Shown piece after piece: positions 53,620-64,000 of a stretch of 64,000 nucleotides of DNA. Below the pieces are notes generated by a model that saw only the letters and a list, made by a program, of their open reading frames with translations, did not search any database and had not been told where the DNA came from. The stretch is from Vermamoeba vermiformis (Eukaryota). The position numbers and the translations under genes are program-made. Position 1 is the first letter of the stretch. The number at the start of each line of letters is the position of its first letter. Where the stretch lies: assembly GCA_045837725.1 (NCBI GenBank), contig JBEWZL010000251.1, forward strand, positions 1-64,000, read 5' to 3'.

Positions 53620-56600
53620 TCATTGGTTCATTGCGGCAAGGCGTTGTACTACAGATGCCATTGATGGTCGAGTTGATGGTTCGTGTTGCCAACAGTCTTC
53701 GATCAGCTTTACGACGGCCGCACTAACCGACCCATCATCGTCAAACGGAAGTCGTTTGCCGGACTTGACGTGTGCTTCGATATCTGAGTCCCACTTGAAG
53801 TCATTGAACGGTGTTTGTTCGCACATCATCGACCACACGAGCACCGCAAAGCTGTAGACATCAGCACTCTTGTCGATGCGAGGACTTTTGCCCAGTGCCT
53901 CTGGAGCCATAAATGCAATTGTTCCAATGTTCTTTGTGATGGTCGTAGGGTCATCTGAGATAAACCGAGCTGTGCCAAAGTCGGTCAACTTAACGTGGAC
54001 AGGTGCTCTTGGCTCCAATGAGAACACGAGGATATTCTGCGGCTTGATGTCTCGGTGGATTATGCCGTTGGTGTGAAGGAACTGAAGGGCTTTAGCTGTC
54101 TCTAACAGCATCGTGATCTTCATCGCCGTTGATAGCCTTTGTTTTTGCATGACGCTGGCGATACTGCCGAGAGGAGCAAACTCGATCACAATGGCGAGAT
54201 TGTTTTTGACATTTGACGCGCCGATGAACTGCACGATATTCGGGTGTCTCAAGTCCTTCATTAAGGTTACTTCCCGTTCGAATTCGATCTTCATCTCGTC
54301 AGTCAGGTACTGCGAAAGTAGCTTCTTGACCGCTACTTCCTGGCCTCGATAAGTGCCAAGCGTTACGGAGCCAAATCTTTGAACAAATGTGTCAATCTCG
54401 AGGTCTTGAAATGAACGATTTTAACTTACCCTCCACCTCCTAGGTACTCTCCGTTCGATTCAATTTCGTCCAAATCGATCCACGTTGACATGCCGCTAGA
54501 CATTTTGAATTCTATTACTGAATAAATCTTGTCCCGTTCATTCACCACAATCAAGCAGATCTTGCACTTGGCAGTCAGGCGCATTGTAGTAGACACTGTC
54601 ACGTAAGTGACTCCACGTGGATCAAGTTCAACGCTCGCGGGCTCCACTTTGATCTCGTACTTCGGTGACTGAGGTGCGTAGATATCAATGTGAGTGCCAT
54701 CAATGAGGCGCTCTCTCATTCCTCCAACCTTGGATGATGACTTAGCGTCGCGAAGGCTGATCTCTATGATGCTTTGATTCCACACTCCAACTCTGACTGA
54801 CTCTTTGCCAAGTGAATTAAGAGCCGAGTAATCGATGATAAATGGCATTTTGTCGATCGGTTTGTACGTGAATCCGTCGCCTGGGCTCCACTCCCATGTT
54901 GTTGACTGGACGATGGGCACTGCGCCCTCGGGGTTTAACACCTCAGACTTGGCTTGAGTGAGCAAGTTTTCCAGTTCTAACTCGTGCTTTTGACTGGCAA
55001 TCATTCTGCGTCGCACCAAAAAGGCAACAATGATCAGTCCCATTAGACCAATTGCACCTCCAATCGACGTGAGAACAACTCCAAGGACTGTCCAACTTGA
55101 TACTGTCGTGAATCTGAATGGATGAGATTCCAACTTGCTACTGCCGCAAACAGCAACAACGTGGAATGACGCAGCCGTGATTAGAGGTGTGATAGTCACT
55201 CGAATACTGCTCGAATCAGTGCCCGATACATTCATTGGCCGTTCGTTCTTAAACCACTCGTGCTCTGTGCATTCTTCGTCTTTCAGCCTGACCGTTAAGG
55301 TTACTTCACTCGAACTAAGCCAGACGGATTGGGATGACGTGGGTCGTGGGCCATCAAACACCAAATCATGGTCGACAACACGGAGTTGATTGCAACTACG
55401 AGCTGAACCAGACGGGTTGTACGCAACTACGCAGAGCTCGTGAGCAGAGTTGCATGTGAACGATTCTCCAGCTAAAACCACCGATGGATCAGATGTGACG
55501 TGACTCTCGTTCTCCAGTGTCCAATTGAAACGCATTTGCTTTCCTGTAGCGCTAATCTCGACAGGTGCAAGTTCATGGCACATGATGATAGATCTTTCAA
55601 GGGGCGCAGTAATAACTGGAGGCCCGTAAACTTCCAGCTTGGCTTGCTGACCAATGCGTTGGCTGCACTGATCAAACAGCGAAATAGAGTAGGTGCCCAT
55701 CGACTCTTGCGTCACGTGATTGAGAGCCAAACTGAATGTTGTTTCGTTGGCCAAGCGTACATTGTCACGTTGCCAATAAGACGATACAACCTTTCCTTGG
55801 ACTGAAACATCAAAATTCACACTCTCGCCAATGAATAGCTGTGCGTCGTTCAATCCGTTCGTAATTGTTGTCAATTCCATCGCTTTCAAATTATCGGCGA
55901 ATGTTGAAGCCACGATGAAGTTCTCCGTCACGTAGAATTGATTATCGCCGCCACTGTTGTATGCAAAGCTGAAGCTCTCGCCGGTCGTCGTTTCATGAAC
56001 GCTAATCTGACGTTCGACATTTCTTCTGCTGTAAAAGACGACTTTGCTGCCGATCACTCTGACTGAGCGCGGCTCCGAATTAGGCACCAGCAGTGGCCTG
56101 TTAGTACTACTCTCGATATCAACAATATCGACTCGATTTTCTCGTGCAACAAAGATCAAGTTATCTCGTGCAGCCAATTCCACCATCGGGGGTGAATAAA
56201 ACGACAAATTCGGTGGCAGTATTGTTGACTTCCATGTCGCGGTTTTCACGTTATAAATGTCGACTCTGTTGCTGTCGTCGTTCTTTCCTGAACGCGCGTA
56301 TCCGCCGGCATATATGACGTAATCGCCGTGCACGAGCGCCTTCATTCTTATTCGTCCATTGAATGAAGTCTCCTCGACGCGGTACTGATTTGTTTCGACA
56401 TTGTAAACGTGCAGTTTTCGAAACTCGCTGCCCTCTCCAATGCCAGTAATGAGTATCGTAGGGTTTTGCACAGTAACGAATGCGTGAGTTAGAAGTGAGT
56501 CGAACTCTGGGCCAATACGCCATTTACGCGTGTTCATGTTGTAGATTTTCATAGTTGCCAAGTCTAACAGCACAATGTTGTCGTTGACAATGTGGACTGG

Positions 56601-58159
56601 CACGTATTGAATCGCTGGTAAAACTGTCCATTCGTTCGTGGCAACATCAAGAACAAATATATTGGTCGCATTACGCAGCACCACATAATCATCGCTCGAA
56701 GTCGCAACAGTTAGCCGGTCAGTAGTAGGAAGTGCATTGGTTGTCCAAGTCTCGGTGTCTACATTAAACACCAAGTATTGCTCTCTCGAACTGGCAGTGA
56801 ACACCAAAAGCTTTCGGCCTGCCTGAATTTGACCATCGGGGCTTACTGAAAATTGTTCCGGGTAATTGTATACGTTCTGTTGGTTCTTTCGTAGATTGTA
56901 ATAATAGATCACTTGACTTCGTCCAAGAAATCTAAAGACGTATCCAAATGCTGCGTGGATGTAACCAATTCCAATAACGTAATCTCTATCCACAACTGTG
57001 CTCAGTAATGCTCGCGTGTCGAATTGCGCGACGCTCTCGGGAAACTGGTGACCACTTGCTCCGCTGCAGTAAATTATTCCATTCTCTTCCACTGATTGCC
57101 CGCCGGATAAAAACAGAGTAGACGAGCGGAAGCGGACTAGCCGGGCATAAGGACGATAAACAGTGATGAATCCAGGGCCAATGAGATACAGCTCCTCGCC
57201 AATGAGATTGTATGCGGCGATATTTCGCTCTGAAAATGTCGATTCGTATAGCGGTCTGTTTGGATTGTCGATGCCAATATTGAGGAGAGTAGTGTAGCTT
57301 AACAGAGTTAAAGAATCTCCGAAATAGACAATGCCCAATACTGCAGAACTCCACGTGACTGTTCTAGGGGCACTCCAAGTCATATTACCAACGTTGAGAA
57401 TGTTGATAACGACGTTGTAATTCGATCTTCCTGCGAAAAACACTCGATCACCACCGAAGGTAGCAGCAGAAGGTGTTAATGGCAGCTCTAGAGTGTCCAT
57501 AGTGTTTGCGATAGGGTCTACGATGAATACAGTCGTACTCTTATCTGAGTATAAAAACACGCGAGATCCAGCAACAAGAGCATTAATACGCTCCGAGACT
57601 TGTCCAACGTCGAAGTCCATCGTTTGCATTGTCTGGGTATCTGCATCGTATACATCGATCTTGTCATAATAACTTGAGGCTCTACTGTTCAATTGGCCGC
57701 CAGCAAATAGAACTTTCGATCCGACTGAGGAAACTGCTATTCGGCCACGTCCTTCAGGCAATTTTAGAGTAGAAACCACTCCATTTACAGGGTCGAGAAT
57801 ATCTACATTAGTGGATCCAGTTCCGTTGGTTGCAAAAAAGCCACCAGCAAAAAAGATCTTTCCATCTCTTTTTCCCAACCCCATGTAATCTCGTGGAGTC
57901 GATAGTGAAAGTGGTTGATAACATCCTAAAAAATACCCGATTATTTATTGTCGTTATAATTGAATTTTTACAATAATAATCTAATTACCCGCAGCCACGA
58001 TCGGGATTAGGACCAACAAAATTGCCAAAACGATGTTCCAACCGATGTTCCGTCTTTAAAATGAAATATTAATTACATTAATTTACTCAGTAGCAATTCA
58101 GTGCAATTTAGCTGTGGTTGTCATATTGTTAAATTATGAGACTTGCAGTACCTGATCAT
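53620..58159 (-). CDS. Receptor-like TKL kinase (signal peptide, Kelch-like propellers, Ig-like domains, TM, kinase)
   Basis: LGGGGFGSV, VAVKK, HRDIKPQN, DFG, GTIAFMAPE, DVYSF; TM VLGVVLTSIGGAIGLMGLIIVAFLV; signal-like IVLAILLVLIPIVAA. Confidence 0.9.
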
Positions 58160-58383
58160 GCTACCAACTACTTGTCATGTTCACTCTTTTAATTGTAAAT
58201 CTAAATGGTTGATATGAACAGAAATAATAAGAGATGACAAGTGACATGTGTACTTTACAGCAGTCCTGTTTCCGAGTGCGTGTAAACCGCGAGTTTTTCC
58301 TTGTACGACATCAAGTTCAACTAAGGACAGCTTTATTCATTTACGACAAGAGACAGTAATGAACTGTGCGAAAGCTACCTAAC

Positions 58384-60230
58384 TTACAAAGCCAAAACCA
58401 AGAGAACGAAGGCGAAGAGCAATTCAACGGTGTGTTGAACAGCCAAAGAGGCCTTAGGAGTGGCAGAAGGAGTAGTAGGGCAGTTGACTTGAGTAGGAGC
58501 AGGGACAGTAACAGCAACGGGAGCAGGGTTCCATTGAACGGGATCCATGCTTCCGACACCGATGACGCATTGAGCGTAACGGGCACCAGAGTTACCAGTG
58601 GGTTGAGTGCAACCATCATCAGCCTTCTCGTGAACAATGATAGCGCGACCGATAACGGATTGGTCACCTAAAAGGCAAGCCATTAATATTTGCTCTACTA
58701 TGGCTAGGTTATCCTTAATTACCTTCAAGAGCAATGAGGCTGCTGGTGTAATCGAACCAAGCACGATCACCGTCGTAAGTGTTCAAGTTGGGCAAATCAC
58801 CGACGTGGCGAGTGCTGGCGGGAGGAAGAGCGTGGGTCTAAATTTCAAAAGTTATTAATTGCTTTGATTCAGTTGCAAACTCAATAAAAAAACTAATTAA
58901 TTGGATGCACATCCGAAAGTCCGACAAACCAACTTACAACGTTGTTGGGGTTGTAGTGACCACCAGCATTGGCACCAGTGCTGTTGGTAATATCACCGTA
59001 TTGGTGAATGTGGAAACCGTGAGAAGATCCAGCAGCGAGGCCATCAACATAACCATAAACACGAACACCACCGTTAGCAGTCTCCAAGAAGAGTTGACCA
59101 GTAACATTGGTGCCAGAGGCAGGAGACAAGATGCAAGAAGCACGAGTGTAAGAAGTAGCTAGAAAAGGAGTTTTAGTACTTTGGATCCATAAAAGGAAAC
59201 TGTGTATTCAACGAACAACAACGAAAAGATTCGCACGTGCATTAATCCATTAATGCCGAGAAAAGAAAATTGTCGATTAATTAAGGTAAAAAATATTTAG
59301 GCAAGAAGAATCGTGCGGGATCTAAATCTGATCCTGCCACAACTTTCGAAGGATAACTTACGGTTAGCGGCAGCGTTTCCGGAACCACCAGCAATACCGA
59401 TAACACCCCAACCGATGCGCTTGCCAGAAGAGCTAATGTTGTAGCAATCGTCGGTCAAGTTGTGGACAACAACGGCGAGACCAATGATGGAGTTGCCACC
59501 AGTAAGGGAGAGCAAATCGAGTTCCTTGAAGTTATTGATATTTCCGTTTCCATCAACCAGCCAGTTACCCTACAACCGTAAATTATTAGTCCGAAAATAG
59601 CACGGTACAGTGGGTATATTTCTGTCGCTTACCATATCGCCTTCGTGACGAGTGTCGCTAGTTTCGCAACCGTGAGTAGAGGCACCAGCACCGACAAAGT
59701 GGCTTCCGACGGAGAGAGCACCGTTGGTTTGGTTTTGCAAATCTCCGTACTGAAAAAAAGATGTTAACGAATCGCCCATATAATCTAGGTAGTGTTCCAC
59801 TTACTTGGTGGACGTGAAGACCGTGCAACTCTCCCTTGTTTTGGGTGATACCAGAGATAGCAACATCAACGCGGACGAAGGAATCCTTGATATTTTGGTT
59901 AGCAAAACGGAAATGTATTAACTAAAGTAATAATACGCAGCATATGATTGCACAAATTATATGAAATGATAAAATATCAGTTTAAGTCACAAGTTTGTCC
60001 CATTGTCCGACACAAATCCGTGGTAGACTTACATTAATTTGGGTAAACTTGACAGTACCAGAAATACCAGTATCGAGGTTAGTACCGCGAATTAGGGCAA
60101 CACCGACGTCTAAAAAACAAGCGATCGAGATTAGACAAAGTTTCCTACACGGAATTCTAGTCGGCTTACTTTGGGCGAAAACCATAGAGAGGCCCAAAAG
60201 AAGAATAGCAACAATCGAGAGTTGATTCAT
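58384..60230 (-). CDS. Secreted, probably GPI-anchored Cu/Zn superoxide dismutase with two tandem SOD domains
   Basis: Domain 1: HGLHVHQYGD..GSHF..HG..RHEGDMGN..SIIGLAVVVH. Domain 2: HGFHIHQYGD..GGHYNP..RHVGDL..SVIGRAIIVHEKADD. N-terminal signal, P/T-rich stalk and hydrophobic C-terminus. Confidence 0.9.
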
Positions 60231-60987
60231 TTCTAGAAATAATGCCTGTTAGCGATAGATCTAACGAAACGATCGAAACGCACGGCCGCGCTTCACGTCG
60301 ATTCAAAACTTACCGCTGCTCGTGTGTTTATTTAAACCAGGAAAGGATAAATAAACGAAATAACAAGTAAATACGCTTTAAATAGGCACACAATGTGCCC
60401 TGGTTGAGACTGTGTAATTGCCCATAGATTCAGAAAAGCAGAATGGCACAATAACCAATCCCCTTCCCAGCAATAACCAAAAAGTAATGTTGACGCAAGA
60501 GCATTTTGAAAATGTGCTGATTTAAACTGAAATCTTTCGAATCCGAACAAAATATCTTCTACAAACCGACTAAATTTCTCTATTTTTAAGCGAAAAAAAT
60601 GGAAAATGTTATTTTTACAGATCATTGCTCGATCAATAGGCCAGTCTCCACGCTCAATTCCAAAAACTGCACGATCAGATTGATTTTCACAGATGCAGCT
60701 CAAATGCAAGCAAACCTGATGTCATGCACCGCAAAATTAAAGCTACAATTACTAAGGAAGAATATGAGCTGCTAAGTGTCTAGATTTTTTATTTGAGAGA
60801 AGAAGGGAGGAAAATTACCAATCGTTTTGAAATTTCCAGCACCCGCTTTCTGATTCGTCAGTCCAAAATCTTTTTTTTTTGTTGGTTGTGTCATGTCAAA
60901 TCGCTCAGATTTTAGTCTCTTTTTCAAACTCGCTTTCTAAGCAAACAACACACCACTCCCTTTACTTTTTCCTTAACAACACTAAAC

Positions 60988-62063
60988 ATGTCGTGGATGG
61001 ACTTCAAGATGGCCTCTGCCAAGAGTAAGTTGGAGTTTGATTGGTGAGGAAATCTTCAACGCCCGTTCCGCTGTAACGCGACGACGGAGTTGCAGGACAT
61101 CGCTCAACCTACAGATTTACCTTTTTTAAGTTCATAACTAACCTTGCCTCGGATTTCAGAGGCCCAACAAATTGCTGAAGACTCCAAGAGAGTCCAAGTC
61201 GGCAAGGCTCAAAAGGGTACTGACGCCAAGGCCACCTCTGTTGCTGATGACTTCCACACCAAGCAAGCCGTTGGTAAGTTCAATTTTTGATTTTGTCCGT
61301 TTTTTTCATCTCCAACCAAAAAAAAAACCCAAAAAATCAATTTAAATCCGCGTTGCGCCGATTTTACCAATCATGAAAATTAGATTTTTTTGCATGACTC
61401 GATTGTCTGAAATTTAGGAATCGGAAATTGTCAGATGCCGAATTTTACCGCAAAGTCCTGATTTTTTGTTTAATCCAGAGGCCCAAAAGAAGAACTCTTA
61501 CTCCAAGAGCAACCAATTGACCCAACAAAAGGGTACTGGTGAGAAGGTTACCTCCGTCGCCGACGACTTCCACACCAAGCACGCCGTTGGTAAGTTACAA
61601 AAAGATTTTCTTTGATCGACCGCAAGAAGCAAAAACTAACTACTTTTAGACGCTCAAAAGAAGAACTCTTACTCCAAGAGCAACCAATTGACTCAACAAA
61701 AGGGTACTGGTGACAACTTGGCTCAACCCAAGGACATTGGCAAGTTCGTTTCTCCCACATCTACTCCTCGCTCTGGCGGTTATGAACAACAACAATCTCA
61801 CTACGAGGAGCCTCAACACCACGAACAACACTACGAGGAGCCTCAACACCACGAGCAACACTACGAGGAACCCGCCCACCAAGAGAGCTACGGTAAATAC
61901 TTGAAATTTTATTTTGTGGATGTATGGAGCCTAACGTATTTTTTCAGGTGGCGGTGAGGAGTACCACCAACAAGAGGAATACCACCAAGAGGAGTACCAA
62001 CAACAAGAAGAGTACGGTGGTGAGGAATACCAACAAGAAGAGTACACTGAAGAGTACCAGTAA
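60988..62063 (+). CDS. Small protein with ~37-aa nebulin/LASP-like repeats and an E/Q/Y/H-rich tail
   Basis: Five exons; repeat KGTGEKVTSVADDFHTKHAVDAQKKNSYSKSNQLTQQ present about 2.5 times; strong codon bias; tail (HYEEPQHHEQ)n and EEYQQ repeats. Confidence 0.75.
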
Positions 62064-62487
62064 ACGGATTCGCCCTTAACTTTTTCTTCGAAGTTCAACT
62101 GCGATAACGAAAAACCTGGTTGTATTTATAAATACGTCTCGACAATAACCTTGCGTGTGTTGTTTGACAAATGCAATCAATCTTGTTACATTAATAAAAA
62201 ATATTGTTTAAATAGAAACCTACCTCCCTAAAATTAGCAACCTTCCCTTCACCGATCGAAAAGCAAGATTAGATGCAGCAAGATCAAGGTATAGATATTT
62301 TTATTTTAAAGATGGCAGCCAAGATTCTACGAGCACAAACCTCGCCTGCCAGCACGTCAGACGGGTTTATTTTTGAAACGTTCTTTTATTGAAGGACACA
62401 GCACCTTCTCTACTTGTAATTCAGTATTATATTATATATTCGTATTGTACATAGTCTATATATTGCATAGTACCGTTAATTTCCGCA

Positions 62488-64000
62488 ATGGCAACTCATC
62501 GAAAATTTCATCAGATTGACTCACCAAGGTAATTTATTCTGCACCGCTCAATATATTATTTTAAATTATATTATATCCCTGCCGATGTTAAAAGTGTTTC
62601 AATACTGGTGCTATCTGAAATTTATTGTAAGCTCAGGTCAATTTTAATGAATAATTTTCAGGCTGGGCAATCAATTCGTCGAAGACAGCGGCTTACAATC
62701 ATGTCTCGAGTATTTTGTGCCCAAGGAAACACTTGATAAAATGCGAGGAGGCTTAGAGGAGTGGGGACAACGTTGCGTCGGAGATCTGCAAGAAATGGGT
62801 ACGTGTTGTGCTGCTTTGTACTAACTTGTGCTATGATATTTATAATATTATTTTATATAGGTGATGACGCGGAAGCACATCCTGCTACTGTTACTCATTA
62901 CAATGCTTGGGGTGAGCGCATTGACAAGATCAACACGTAAGTGGATCGCTTCAATTTTGATAGCAACTTGTATCTATAATATATCTTAGCGATTATAAGA
63001 TACCAGCGCATTTCTTAATGACATTTTTGTACTTCATTAGTGCTTGGGGCTACAGACGAATGAAAGAAGTCTATCCCGAGTCAGGCATTCTTGCTGTCGC
63101 TTACGAGCGCCCTTACGGTGAATTCAGCCGATTGCTACAATATAGCATGAGTTACCTTGCCTCTGGAGCTCAGGTAAGCGCAAAAACGGATGAATAGGAT
63201 CTTTCTGACTCACCCACCGTCGCGCGAGTTGGAATCAATCCATGACCTATGTTAAAGAACTTTGGTGGATTAACTCGTATCCGTTAGGGTATTTCGTATT
63301 CTTGCCCTGGCGCTATGACTGACGGCGGTGCTCGTCTCTTGGAGCTCTACTTGAAGTCCAAAGATCAAATGTGCTCATCGAATGCAGGCAAGGTTTGCAA
63401 TTGTTCTCAAAAGAATGCGACTGACAAAGTCGTTCAACTTGCGCGCATGTACTTCGAGGGATTTACTTCGCGAGACCCGAAGAAGTATAAAGACTGCGGC
63501 CAATGGATGACTGAAAAGACTGGTACGTTATAGCTGATCAAGCGCACTTGGCACGCTCTAACTTGTTAATACAAAAGGTGGCTCTGACGTATCGGGCACT
63601 GAAACTATTGCTACTCCTCAACCTGACGGCAGCTACACTTTGTCTGGCTACAAATTCTTCACTTCAGCCACGACCAGTGACGTCACATTCACACTTGCGC
63701 GCATTATTGATCCTGAAGGTACTTGCTTAAGCCAGCGCAATAGTACGCGGTTATTCTAATGTCTTTCTTAGATCCTCAAGGTATCAAGAAGAAGCGTCAA
63801 AAACTCTCCTTGTTCATGCTCGAGTTGCGCGATGAGAATGGCAAGATGAACAACATTTACATTCACAAACTGAAGAACAAGTTCGGCACCAAGTCACTTC
63901 CCACTGCCGAGCTCGAGTTGATCAACTCAAAGGCTTATCTTCTTGGCGAGCCCGAGCAAGGAGTCAAGATGATTTCAACCATCCTGAACATTACCCGTAT
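62488..64000 (+). CDS. Acyl-CoA dehydrogenase, AidB-like (runs off the right edge)
   Basis: LGNQF, YNAWGERID, YSCPGAMTDG, GQWMTEKTGGSDV, GYKFFTSA, KLKNKFGTKSLPTAELEL. Confidence 0.9.

Overview
Intron-dense eukaryotic DNA (GT-AG introns mostly 45-60 nt). The gene set is consistent with a protist, plausibly an amoebozoan, but this is inference. The window has two parts. From about 21 to 64 kb it is a compact housekeeping region: ABCG transporter, exportin-6, neuroguidin, squalene synthase, TVP38/TMEM64, SAM methyltransferase, PHD-HTH protein, ZW10, SPRY/F-box protein, an unusual Rho-BTB-Kelch protein, receptor-like TKL kinase, tandem Cu/Zn SOD, a nebulin-like repeat protein and an AidB-like acyl-CoA dehydrogenase. 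From 1 to about 20 kb it is a nested accessory island with four layers. (a) An apparently non-coding, minus-strand spliced array of short hairpin-bearing exons with a ~1.24 kb duplication, ending in (TAACCC)3 exactly where a neighbouring gene appears to be cut off. (b) An intact intron-containing Ginger2/Tdd-type DNA transposon inserted into (a) at 2564-5184, with TGT..ACA TIRs and a 4-bp TSD. (c) A left-truncated cargo block (6566 to ~20000) encoding two unknown proteins, a divergent histone H3 head-to-head with a BRO-N-like acidic protein, a virus-type ankyrin protein and a terminal array of perfect 26-bp palindromes. (d) An intact two-gene DxxH-type DDE transposon inserted into (c) at 10968-15422, with 71-bp TIRs and an 8-bp TSD. 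A ~1.3 kb CpG/GATC-depleted zone separates the island from the host genes. All gene models were spliced by eye and no database search was run, so family assignments are from remembered motifs and exon limits need RNA-seq confirmation.
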